Source of the DNA: Tricharina praecox
Lineage: Eukaryota
Reading direction: 5' to 3'
Assembly (NCBI RefSeq): GCF_024521635.1
Contig: NW_026250420.1
Location: 682,001-746,000 of the forward strand
Length of the DNA: 64,000 nt
In this document: one piece after another, positions 25,701-38,205 of the stretch
How the letters are laid out: every line of letters starts with the position of its first letter
Position numbering within the stretch: the first letter of the stretch is position 1
Translations under genes and position numbers: made by a program
Notes under the pieces: model-generated
Database searches by the model: none
What the model was told of the DNA's origin: nothing
The model's input: the letters and a program-made list of their open reading frames with translations, nothing else

Positions 25701-28648
25701 CCGATCACCATGCAAACGATTCTTGTTCTCTGCCAGCTTCTCTGTATTCCAGCCATGAGGCCAGCTCTGCAGCCTGCAGAAGCGCTGTCCGGCTACCGGT
25801 TCGGACCCACGCGGACTCGCGGAGGGCGGGAAAGTGGCTACCGATTCTGCGGATGTTTGGGTGAGGGGTAACCAAGTATGCATAAGTACATACCATCCCT
25901 TCCACCGGATCTTTGCAGGGAGGGAGAGAGAGACAGAGGCGACGGGATGCTTTTTTGTAGCAGGTAATTGGTACATAAGCAAGCAGGTGGTACATACATA
26001 CCTGAGGGGGAGTTTGTCACGAGTATCACATGTTCGAGCTCAATCTGGCGGGAGGAGGCGGTAAAAACCATCGTGAAAACTCTTCTCGTCGCAAACAGAA
26101 ACGAGGGTGAAGAAGAAGGAAGGAGGGAAGGAACTCGGAGTCTTGGGATGAATGGAGGAGCAGCCAGCGGCCAGCCGCAGCCGCAGCCGCGTGCGAGCGC
26201 GCACGTCATCCAGGACTATGTTCTTCGAGGGCCACGACACGGAGCCGATAATAGATAATGGATTATGGATTATGGCTACCTATCGATATCGACTGCCAGA
26301 ACTCCATGAGTCTAGGTATGATTCCATGAGCTCGAGGATCAATGTTTCAATGATTGATCGGCGGGAGACGCGCGAATCTGCGATTCGATGGTCTAATAGG
26401 GCCCTAAGGGGTCCTGGAAACCTAAGCTACCTACCTAACTAACTCGTAAGGCATGAACATTGGGACAGGAAGCTTGAGCAATGAGGATGGTGATACTAGT
26501 ATGGTATGGATACCTATGCTATGTAGAGTATGTACCCTTGGAGTCTTGGACGGTCCAAGAGAGATGATTCTTGCACATTGGGAGTCCCGGCCCTCGAGTA
26601 GATAAATACGGTAGGTGGGTACGAGTGGAGAGCAAAAGACGTATATACCAGGTATGTAGAGCAGTGGCTGAGTGGTCTACCGTACACACCGGTACCCATA
26701 CCAAACAGCGCGGAAAAGGGGGATATTGATGGTTGGTCTTCGGAAACTCTCCAGCTCATGGTGAGAACGGGCATTGAATGTTCACCGGCCGGAAATGCCC
26801 TTCCAAAAAGCAAAAGCAAAAACCCCGATCTTCACTTGCGCACTGCCGTCAACCCATAGGTGCGTAAACATTCTGCCGACCGCACGGACGCATTCCATGC
26901 GAAAATAGGTGCATATCGCACTCTTTTTCCGGCGTCCTCTCGGGAACGGGGGAAGGTACCGGTATGATATGTAGAACCGCGCAGCCTTTGTTCAACGAGG
27001 AGCGCTTGTTTCGAGTTCGTCGGCGTGGGCGCCCATCGGGGGGGGGGGGGGGGGGGTCGCCGGGTTGGAGACTGGGCGGAACATAAGCGCGCCATCACCG
27101 CAGTTTGTGCTGCGGTCTGCAGCCAGGGAGAAGGGGGTCGGTTTTTCATAAGTAGAACTCGGAAGCCTTTCCAGCCATGATCCGATAATATCTACCAAGT
27201 GCCTATCTGCAAGGTCAGGCCAGCACTCAGATGAGGCGATGGATGGATGATCTCGTGTTACTCGCCCATCGTGCGATAGTAACAAAATAAAAAAGCGGGG
27301 TTCCGCATAGACGACGGACGAGTCGAGTCCCCCCTCTGCGGGGTGTGTGGGGAGAGGGGGGGCGGGGGAGGGGGCAAGGGGTGGCCGGGGACCTGCGATC
27401 ACTCTCGGCGCGGCGAGCTGTTTTCCCGGGCGGGCGGTACTCTAACCACTAGAGTGCTCTCGCGAGTCGCCACTGTGGGCGAGAAATCCTGGGTCGGGAC
27501 AAGCTGGCTTCGTTCGGCCGGCCGCCTGTGAGGTGGTGCCAGATGGGATGGGAACGGCGGGGCGGCGGTCCCAGCAACTCTACTCCGCCGTCCCGTCAGA
27601 CGCGAACGAGACACAGCGATACTCAACTCTATTCACCGCGTTCGTCTTTCTGCTTACAACCGGGAAGAGGGTGAGTTCCTCTTTCTTTTGTTCGTTTTTA
27701 TTTTATTTTTACGGCTGGCGCAGGAGATCAGTTTTGCGCTTGCTTGGTCAAATCTAGAAGCGGTCTAGAGGCAGTAAACATCTCCAGACTCTATTCTGGT
27801 TAGTCTCCAGAGTAGGTAAGCCGCTAACGAGTTGACCCGGATGCGAGTGCGCTGCGAGTCTGCGACATCCATCGTCCATCGCTTCTGAGTTCTAAACCAA
27901 AAGAAAAGTTGCTCACCTAGTTTAGTCCTGTTTGTCCTGTGTGGCGAGCACTGGCGATGCGTTGACGGACAGCCCCCCAGACCTGTTGGGCTTTTTTTCT
28001 TCTCTGTTTTGCATGCCACCACCACCCAGCACCACCACCCAGCACCACCACCAGCCTGAAGATCGATCCCACCACCAGCTTCACACGCTGCAGACCCCTC
28101 CCCAGGCCCCACACCGAACGAGGGGGAAAAACATGGGGGCAAGGATCATCCTTTGATATCCTGGAGGGCCGGCGAAGAAGTGCAACCAGCTTGCAGCTGC
28201 TCCCGAAGGACCCGACGGAGGTGGAGGTGGAGGTGGAGGTGGAGGTGGAGGGTGGTGGAAGTGGGAGTGGAAGTGCTGCTGGTGCTGATGGTGTGTCAGT
28301 CAGTTCTTGCTTGCTTGCCTGCCCTTTGTTCGTCGGTAGTGCTCTCTTCTTGCTTGCCTGCCTATTGCTTGCTTGCTAGATGCTCCCACTATTCGTATTA
28401 CTACACCCCACTTACTTTGACTTACCGCTGTCTGGTTCTTAATCGTCTCTGACCCCGGATTTTCCATCCTCCCTCTCCTGGAAAGCCCGCTTTTTTCTGT
28501 CTTGCTTGTTCGTCCCCCCGCCCGCCGCCCGCCCGACTTCAGTTTGGACATCGCCAGACAGTCGACAACCCCAAGCAAGAAAGAATAAAAAAACAAAAAA
28601 AAAAAAAACAAAAAAAAAACTGGAGGGCGACGAAGGACGACGACAGAA

Positions 28649-30134
28649 ATGGCGCCCACGCCCATTCCTGCGGAGAACGACAGACTACCCGATAACTACG
28701 GTCAACCGGGCTACGTCGCCGAATACCGTGGATATGCCCTGCTGCTCACAGAGCTCATCATGATGGCCGTCACCCTCATCATCGTCGGCCTGCGATTGTT
28801 CACGCGTGTACACATCCTCGGCGCAATGCATTCGGACGATTGGTGGATCCTGCTGGCAACCGCGATCCTGATCGGACTTACAGCGGTGCATGGTGTTGGT
28901 GCGTTATGTCGCTCCAGCGGTGGTCGTGGTTGTGGTGGTGGTGTAGGTCGCGGGCCGGGTTGCTGATGGGAATTGGGGTTATAGGAGTCAAGTACGGCAT
29001 CGGAAAACACACATACGATATATCGCCGGAGGATAGCAATGTCGCACTTACCGTGAGTCTTTTCTCCGTTCTCGCTCCCCGTCGTCGTCGTCGCGCGAGT
29101 GATTGCAGCTCCGGTCCAGTCAGCTCACGCAGATTTGTTTTACGCAGATGAGTTACATCGGCCAGATCCTCTACGTCACGTCACTCGGCTGCGTCAAGAT
29201 CTCGCTCCTCCTCTTCCTACAGCGAATCTTCCCCTCGGTGGTCATGCGCCGCATCGTCCGCGGCATGCTCATCTTCGTCCTCTGCTTCGCGGTCACCAAC
29301 GTGTTCCTCTTCGCATTCCAGTGCGACACGCCCGAGTACTACTTCACCAAGATCAAGGGAGACGCAAAGACCAACGGCGGTGTCTGTCTCCCGCCGCAGG
29401 TGGTCTACTACCCGATGGCTGCCGTCAACATCCTTACCGATCTGATCATCTGGCTCTTGCCCGTGCCCATGATCCTGAAGGCGCGCCTGTCGAAGAAGGA
29501 GAAGCTGGGGCTGCTCTGGGTGTTTTTGATTGGAGGAGTGTGAGTCGCCACGAGCAATCCGCAATCCGCACCCTTACTGACATCCACAAGTGCCGTCGGT
29601 GCTAGCATCGTTCGCCCTGTCAACCTCCGCGACATCATGGAGGATGGCGACCCGACGTGGAACATGGTCAACGTTTCGGTATGGGCCATGGTTGAGACCT
29701 CTGTCGGAATCCTATGCACGTCCATTCCGGTGATCAAACCCCTCGTTCTCCGCGTCGCGCCGCGCCTCCTCCTTTCGACCGGCGAACGCAGCCGCGGCGA
29801 CACGTACGCACGCGACGGCTCTCACATCGCGCGCCGCAACTCGTTCGCACTCCGCTCCATCAAAGTCACGCACGACATCCACCAGGTCGAGGATGACGCG
29901 GTCAGCATGCAGAACTACGGGTTGCAGCAGCCGGACGTATCCCGGGGCTTCGACGACTACAAGGAGCCGCCGCTAGAGCCGCAGAGCCCCGCACTGACAA
30001 AGACCTCGGCCGAGGGCGGCAGTCGGGGGCCTAATGGCAGCGATGAACGGCTCGTCACCCGACTGAGCGAGGAGAGCGGGAGCGTGCGGAAGGAGGACGG
30101 GTTGAGTCCCATGCCCAAGGCTGTTGTTAGATAA
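28649..30134 (+). CDS. PTH11-like integral membrane protein (fungal rhodopsin-like 7TM domain, no CFEM), 4 exons; introns 28899-28984, 29053-29147, 29540-29590
   Basis: IVGLRLFTR..DDW, YGIGKH, VKISLLLFLQRIF, FQC, NILTDLIIWLLPVPMI, WAMVETSVGILCTSIPVIKPL. Confidence 0.9.
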
Positions 30135-30897
30135 CGATACCCCCCCATATTCCCAATACCCCAAATGTCTATTTCCTTTAATGTATTATATTGCCCCCCA
30201 TTTCTTCTTTTCCATTTCATTTCCATATTAACGCTTCTTTTGGTTGCTACATTCTGTACATATTAACCGACATTCCGAGCATTTTTTTCAGCATTTTTTT
30301 TCATGTTCTTTTCTTCCTACCTAGCAAGCGGGGAATGTAAATACTTTTCACTTGCACTCACGACTGGTATGTAGAAGTATGTACCGATAACGAACGAACA
30401 TATGGAGCCGGGACTTCCGGGGCTGAAAGTCTGAAAGTCTGAAACAGAAGGAATGTAGTTCCTCCGATGCCACCGGTGATGTTGGTCGCTATATTAGACC
30501 TGTAAGACTGTAAGACTACCTAGGGGGCCGATTATCCGGGCCACTGGACTGGAATCTGGAGACGCTGGAACGGATGCGTCAGTGGCGGCGATGATCGGTG
30601 TGTACATACGTCGCGTTGTAACCATGGACGGGTATGCGGATGACGTCGGCGTGGTGGGGCGGGCAGAGGGATGCGGACGTCGATTTTTGGTTGTTTAATT
30701 CGACCTTATCAGATCATTACTGTACACACGTCCAGTTCCATCCCACATGCGGACGCCGATGGGATGTGGATGGGATGGGGATGTGATGTGGATGTGAATA
30801 GGAGGGTGATAGATCATGTTGCTGACGGGAGCTAGGTAGGGGGGGTTGCTCGAGTGGGTTCTACTCTACTCTACTCTACTCTACTCTATGTAGATCT

Positions 30898-31464
30898 GAG
30901 GAAGTGGAGCGTCCGAAGGCTCATGAGCGTTGAGAGCTGTTGCATTCCAAGCACGCTGGTTGGTGGCTGCTATTCATCGTGGAGGCGGATGCGCTTAATG
31001 GGTCTATTCAGAGTACTACTGAGTACTACAGAGTGCTACAGAGAGTGAATGATGTTTCTAAGTACCCAAACTACCTGAGTATATAACACATACCATCCAC
31101 CGAGCTCCTCGCCTCCAACTCTCTGACGAAGATTCAAAGTCACCTTTGATACCGGTAGTGGTACCGGTGCCTGCATTGATTACTATACCTATTACCAGGT
31201 AGGTATATAAGCACCCAGCCGGCCGGGGAGAACTACGGACAGCTCCTCCTCCTCCACATCCCCCGTAGAACCCGTAGAAACCTCGCTGCCTCGCTGCCTC
31301 CCGTCACACATACCAATATAGGGTACATACCATCCACCATCCACAGAGCTCCTCGCCTCCGACGATGATTCAATGCTACCGGTGCGACGGTGCGGCGGTG
31401 CCTGCATATATTACTATACCTGTAGGTATATAAGTACCCAGCCGGCCGGGGAGAACTACGGACT
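30898..31464 (-). repeat. Right copy of the inverted duplication: rc(A) 30898-31077, rc(B) 31091-31291, plus a second degenerate partial rc(B) 31328-31464
   Basis: Aligns by eye to 14372-14732. GAGCTCCTCGCCTCC and CCCAGCCGGCCGGGGAGAACTACGGAC each occur twice here. Confidence 0.9.
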
Positions 31465-33442
31465 CCCTCTCCCACTCCATCGGCCCCCAACATGAACATC
31501 AGGAACACCGACATTGGGAATACAGCCACCACCCGTCGCTTGTCCTGCCACACTAACACAGCACTACGCAGCCGACACAGCCAACACAGCCGATACAGCC
31601 GAGCCGGCATTGTGTCCGGCATCCACAGCGTTCACGGCGTTCACGGCGATCAATGCTCGGGACTTCGTAATTCCGATGGCCCAGCGACCCGGAAGCCCGG
31701 TAACTTATCCCAATTGCCCGGGAGGGAAGGTGCAATAGAGGTGCAACAGGCCGGGTCGAACATCATCGGACATCATCCCGGGCTTCAGTCGAGTGATCTA
31801 CCGTGCATGAATGTGTGTGTTGTACTTGCACCAAGCGCCGAGAGGTGGGTTGGGAAATCTACTGGCGCTGCGGCAAAGCGGACTAACTAACGGAGTGATG
31901 GGCCCAGCGCTGCGGCGAGGAAGCTGCGCTCAACGCTCGTGCCAGGTGCTAGTTAGGTGCCAGGTGCTAGGTGGCATACCGAGCGGGCGGGAGGCCTGAG
32001 TCGGCCTGGACTGGCCGTCGGCTGCGGGTTGGATGCGGGTTGGTAGCAGGCCAGACCAGACCAGGCATGACGCTGCGTGTAGATCAGCTGCAATGGTACT
32101 ATATACTACGGTATAGTCGCTGCAAGCTTGCAATACACTCTGCCTTAACTTTTAAGCTGGACTGCACCTGCACCTACACCTATACCTGCACCTACAATCT
32201 CCCCTCGCTTCCCCTCCCCTCACCTCGCGTCCTCTCGCATCTCGTCTCCCGCACGCGCACCTGGGCCGTGGATGGGAGGGAAGGTGGAAGGTCGCCTCCG
32301 GTGTTCACCAGGACTCTGTGCCTCCGGTAACTCCGGTGGCTCAGCTTGTCTCCAGCTATGCGAGGGAGCCTGTGATACCCACTCTATACGCATTGGCGGA
32401 GGTTGTGTAGTCGATTGATACGTAGGTTCACTGGCCGTTGTCCGTTGGTGCAGGCTGAATGGCATCTGCAGGTTACATACGCTGGTGATCACTCGCTCTT
32501 CCGGGGTGCTGTGCTGGGCTGGAATTCTGAGCGAGTTTTTATGGATATTACTTGGGGAAAATATTGGCATGATTGGGTCGTTGGTGATTGATGACCTCAA
32601 CGAAAGTTGACTTGGACAGACAGTGGATAGTAGACATTGAGATGGTATGTGTACTTGTATATTCTACAGTAGTTAGTTGCTATGATCTAGATGTGCATAT
32701 GGTGTGCAATTCAATGATTGAACAAAAACAAGCAAGTGTGATTACCTGGTGATTGAACAAAAATAAATCAAAAACACTGCAAAAATCGACGATAACTTGA
32801 TTTTCCCGCACTCAACAGAGAGCTTAGGCAGCCTCAGTGGACACTGGACACTGGAGATAGCTCACGCACCCGGACTCCCTCAAGCCTCCAGGTATGTCGT
32901 GTAAATTCCTAGAGATGCGAGCCTAGGCATGTAGAAGTGAACATCCCTCCGTGATGCCACTGCATCTGGAGCGGGCAAGAATTGGAGAGGTATGAAATGT
33001 GCATACATTCTATGTAGTGATTTTGAGGCCCATCTAGATCACGACAGTAGCATACCGTGCTCCACCTACATTCCAGTCCTTTTTGTTTTTTTAACATTGA
33101 TTGCATTCGGCCATGGCGATATCCACACACGCTCCGTTTTCACGCCACTGTCCAACCCGACTTCCATCAGACAGCCCCGGCCTGTCTCATCGGCAGTCTA
33201 CGTTCCAGTGCTCTCAAATACGTACCGGCCATAGCCTTGACTGAATCACAACCATCAAATACGCGACTTGCTTCAGAGATGAGTGAGAAGGTATGATCAC
33301 ATTGCTTTTAACCATCACACCAGAAACCAGCCAAAACCAACCCTGAGCAAAAAGAAAAAGTAGAGAAACAAAAAACAAGCGCAGAACAACAACTACTATA
33401 GGGAGGGGGAGGGGGATGTAAACTATCTACAAAAACGACAAC

Positions 33443-35131
33443 CTACTCCTCCTTTTTCCGCTTCTTGTCCTTCTTGCCGTCTTTCTTCTGCTTCTTCACC
33501 TTCTTCTCCTTCTTCTCGTCGTCGCCGTCAGCAGCCTCGGCCTTTCTCCTCTTCTTCTCCTTCTTGCGCTCCTTCCTCGCCTTCTCCTCCTCGTCGTCGC
33601 TCTCCTCCTCGGGCGCGTCAACATCCATCTTGAGTGCGTCCTCGACGGCGGCCGCAGCCACCGGGGCGTCGTCCATAGCCGCGTCCGCATCGGCGTTGTA
33701 CGTCCTTCCGCCACGGATCTCGAGCTTCTTGTTGCCAGCGGTAGAGACGAAGGCCTCCTCGCGGGGCAGCGGGGGCTTACCCTCGAGGTGGCGCATGCGG
33801 CCCTCGACCTTGCGGCGCATCTCGTGGCCGAGACGGCCCTCGGACGCCTCTTCGGGCTTCTCCTCGTTGAGAGCGTCGTAGCGGACTCCGAGCGCCGTCT
33901 TGGCGGCGAGCATGCGCGCGACCTTGCCCTTGTTCTTGCCGGTCGACTGGCCGACCAGCGAGGCGTGGTAGATCAGTCCGTACTTGGGCGTGTCGTGCTT
34001 GGTCTTGAGCGCGCGGAAGAGCGCCTTCTCGGCACCGAGGATCTGGAGGGTTGAGGCGGGCGCCTTGGACAGGTTGATGAGCGAGCCGGCGTGGGCGATC
34101 AGGCGGGCGCCGACGAGCTCGCCGACGAGGACGGTCAGGTTGGGCGCGATGGCGTTCATCCGTGCGGTCAGGTACGACGATAGCTGCTGGCGGTACTCGG
34201 CGAACGAAATGACCTGCTCGGCGAGAGCGCGGATGTTGGTGAGATCCTGGGGGGTGATCTCGGTTCCCATCGAGACCTCAGCCGCGGCCTTGAGTTGCGT
34301 CTCGATTTCCTCAGGGAGAATCTCGGACAGGTCGGTGGTCGCGCAGTCTGTACGCATGCCCATGGTTATGATCACACGGGCGTACGCCATGTTGTCGTTG
34401 ATGATCTTCTGCATCTCAGGAAAGTGCCATCCGTACCATTCCTTGACGCGCATGGCGTAGGTGTTGAGTTCCTTGTCCAAGTCGTCGAGAAGGGCGATCG
34501 CCTGCACGATCATGGTGTCGACCTTGTCGGCAGAGAACTTGAGCTTGTGGCGCGAGAGCGAGTGAGACAGACCCAGCGACATGGTGGACAGGTCAGTCGG
34601 TGTCAGACCAGGGATCAACGAGGTGAGGTGCTCGCGGATTCCACGGTACAGATCTTGGGTGCTGGAGTCGGAGATGACGTTGAGCTGGAGCCCGGGGATC
34701 TTGTTGATTGCGATTCCTGAGCGGGGCAACTGTTAGCCAACACGCTCACCGCAGTACAGCTACTTCTCCGAATCCACATACCCAACTTGGGATCGCTGAC
34801 CACCAACGACGCCTTCTTCTCATCCTTGAGGCCATCGAGGATCGACGACAGCATGGGCGAGACCTTGGACTCCACCAGCGCCGAAACCTCATCCAGAGCA
34901 GTGGCAGCGCTGTCGAACTTCGAGAACTGCTTCAATTTGAGCCTGTGCACGTAATTGTAAGCACAAACCGCGCGCGCATTGTCCGAGTGAGAGAGGAGAA
35001 ACAAACAATCCCGAAGCACCTTCGGCGGTGCTCATCTCCTTGGCCAAATCATCCTTCTTGAGAAGCTTCTTGTCCTTTGCCTTGAACAGAGCGTATCCCG
35101 CGCTGGTTTCCGCGAGGATGAGGAAGGTCAT
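33443..35131 (-). CDS. NOP58: Nucleolar protein 58 (box C/D snoRNP), 3 exons
   Basis: [100 protein letters not shown], and a KKE/KKD-rich tail. Confidence 0.97.
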
Positions 35132-35461
35132 TGTGTAGGTTTCTGTATTGCTCGTCTCGCTCTAGATCCCTGAATTGAGTCTCAAGTCAAAGAGTGGAGA
35201 TGGGTGGGCGTTGTGGTTGGTGGTGGTGGGTGGTGAAGGTTGAGGAAAAAAGAAGCCAAAAAGAGAACTTTTTTCCTCTGCAACGCAGTGCGCCCGCCAA
35301 TCCCAATCAGCGGGTGCCTTAGTCATCCACGTGACCAAGATGCGGCTCAAACAAACATCTGCAAAAGTTCTTATTCAGGATACAACCTGACTAGATAACC
35401 GGACCCCGACGAGGAGAAAGACTGCCGCCGCTGTTCCACTCCTCGATTCACCACACCAACA

Positions 35462-36430
35462 ATGGCAGCCCGCCTGATCCCCCCATCCCTGGTGGCCTCG
35501 CTGTCCTCCCTGCGGATAGCACCCTCCTCCGCCATCGCCGGTACATACCCCACCAACCTCCCCGCCTGTACCACACCCCACTAACCCCCCACAGCCCGCA
35601 GCTTCAGCACATCCAGCACCCTCACCTCCGCCGAAAAACGCAAAGCCTTCAACCCCTACGCCGCCGCCATCTCCAAAAAGCGCAAAGAAGCCAACCTGCA
35701 CCGACAAGCGGAGCTGAGCGTGCAGCGCGCCTCCACCGCCGTGGACCCCGTCGTGGGTCGCCCCACCGCCTTCATCGAGTCTCTCGAGACGCCGCTACCG
35801 CCACCCCCCTCCCTCGACGCCGTCCTCTCCAGCTCCACCGCCACCCCACTCACGCAGCTAAACCACTTCATCACGCCCACGGAGCTGCCCCACTTCCTGT
35901 CCACCAGCAAGCACCTCACCGCGCCCGTCCGCTCCAGCGTAGACACATACATCGACCCGGAGCTCGCGTCGGCGCACTCCGCGCGCCACGACCGGGCGGT
36001 CGAGGCGATCAAGCGCATCCTCTCGCTCGCCAACGGCAGCTCGAAGGACCGCACACGCAGCAACACGCAGCTGTGCATCGACACGTTCGGACGGCACGTG
36101 ACTGACGGCGCGCTGCCGCGGGACCCCGGGGTGCCCTCCGCCGCAGAAACGGCAAAGACACCGCGCGCGGGGCCAGATACCGGTAGCAGCGAGGTCCAGG
36201 CCGCGATCCTTACCGTCAAGATTAGGACTCTGGAGCAGCAGCTGCATAGAGACGATGGACATCAGTCGAAGGATAAACATAATAAGCGTAACCTGAGGCT
36301 CATGGTGCATCGCAGGCAGAAGCTCCTCAAGTACCTCAAGCGGAAGGAGAAGGGCGGCGTGAGGTATAGGAATGTACTCGATGCACTGGGATTGGATGAT
36401 GCGGCGGTGATGAATGAGCTTTTCTTATAG
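35462..36430 (+). CDS. MRPS28: Mitochondrial small-subunit ribosomal protein S15 (uS15m), 2 exons; intron 35541-35594
   Basis: DTGSSEVQAAILTVKI..KDKHNKRNLRLMVHRRQKLLKYL; Arg/Ser-rich presequence ending in RSFSTS. Confidence 0.92.
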
Positions 36431-37157
36431 ATGCATGCTGGTGGTTCATAGCGGAGGGTGTACTTGTACAAAATAGATTTCGGATGGGAGAGCAAACATA
36501 TGCCATCGCCAGACGGAGATCCCACTACTAGAGATGTACCCGCGCATCATCCCCTCTCCGCCATTACCTCTTTCCAGACAGACTCCACCAATCGTTTCTC
36601 CAGAACCATCAAGCAAGCGAGCATCAGTCGCATCATCATCTTGAATCCGCAATATTATTCTTACCCACCACCCTCCTCCCTCCTTCCCTCACCACCATCA
36701 TTGCTCCCTTCCCCCAAAGCCATCAAGCCAGTAAACTGTTCAATAACCACCACACCATAGATACTGTACACTGAATGCTCAAAACGCATCACTCAAAACA
36801 CACCAATCAAACAAGAAGAAAGAAGAAAACGAAACGAAAGTATTATACCACAGTACCACAGTTCCAGTACAGTACTAAACAGTACACTCTATCAGCCAGC
36901 CAACAAACGTGACGAAACATGACGAAAACGAAAGTGAAACCCCGAAACTCCACCCCACGCCGCGCGACCCCACCCCGCCCCACCCCGCCCCCGTCCCCGC
37001 CCCCAACAAAGTGAAAAACAAATACATGAAGATGAAGATGGTATGTAATACATGGTAGACCCAAACGAATGAAGAGGAACGACGACATAGCAGAGAATCA
37101 GAATCAGAATCAGAAAAGCAGAAGTATCAACGAAAAGCCAGTTATTTTGCGTAAGAT

Positions 37158-38205
37158 CTACCCGAACACCTTCAGCAGCCCCCAGATACCGACCGCGCTG
37201 ACAACGGGAATAACCACGTTATCATCGAGGCCCCACGCATCCAGGACCTCGCTCGCGCTGGCCACGATCCCAGTGAGCACACTAATCGCCGCGAGCGCCA
37301 CGCCGCCGGAGACCTCTATGCCTCCCAGCGCCAGCCTGCCACCCCACATGACGCCTCCCACAGGATCATCCGGATACGCCTGGGTAGTCGGGACGATGAT
37401 GCCCCACCAAGCGGCAGCGCTGACCGCGCCGACGACGGCGGCGGCCAGGCTGCCGGCAAGACTCTTCCCCGCGCGGATCCGGGGGGTGTGGCGACCCCAC
37501 GCGCGGCCGAACGTGCTTGCGGCGGTGTCGCACCACGATAGCAGCAGGATGCTGAGCGTAGCGACGTCCTTCGGGAACACGGCGAGGACCGTGATCGTCC
37601 CCACGAGGTACCATACCACCCCGTTCCAGCCGCGCACCTCGCTCTCCCGCATCAGCGCCCCGAGGAATCGGATGTACAGCTTGTTGAACGAGTCGCTGTA
37701 GAAGCGGAGGAGGTCGGCGGTCGCCACTGGGATCAGAGTCGCCGTCAACGGCGGGACGAGCGTGCTCGGCTGGTACCCGCTGCGGTAGAGGTAGATCGCG
37801 AGGAACCCGATCGAGACGTGGAGGACTTTGCGCGGCACTTCGTGTTTATGGATCTGGCCGTGCATGTTAGCAAGCCAACCCCACAGCCCACAACCACCAC
37901 CAGGATACAGGGAGGGTGTCACATACAAACTTCGAGAACGTCCGATGAATCGGGATGAGCCCCAGCGGACTCGGGGACCTCGACAGGGTGCGCCATGTGT
38001 TCTTTGGGGGTGCCAGGAAGTCCCGGCGGCTCTTTGGTATGGGCGAGCGGCTTCGCGGCGACGACGATGTCGATGTCGACGGGGTGTTGTGGTCCTCCTC
38101 GTCTTCCGATGCTGACGACTGGTTGTGGTGGTGCGCGGCGACGACGAATGACGACGACGAGGTCGAGCGCGAAATTGTCGAGGGTGTTCGCACTGGTGAG
38201 GACAT
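37158..38205 (-). CDS. DGK1: CTP-dependent diacylglycerol kinase, 2 exons; intron 37854-37926
   Basis: RSPSPLGLIPIH, IHKHEVPRKVLHVSIG, GALMRESE, WNGVVWYLVG, LSWCDTAASTFGR, KSLAGS, LDDNVVIPV. Confidence 0.93.

Noticed and set aside
18600..28600. Many 60-200 aa ORFs in the long intergenic region
   Set aside because: Low-complexity translations of microsatellites with no coding bias or family motifs; small real genes cannot be fully excluded.
30706..30714. ATCTGATAA (SreA-type GATA consensus) on the minus strand
   Set aside because: Single site in 3'-3' intergenic DNA with no iron-uptake gene nearby; plausible by chance.
14372..31291. Large TIR transposon or Starship-like element carrying MFS and PTH11
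   Set aside because: Block order does not fit terminal inverted repeats, and no transposase or tyrosine recombinase is visible inside.
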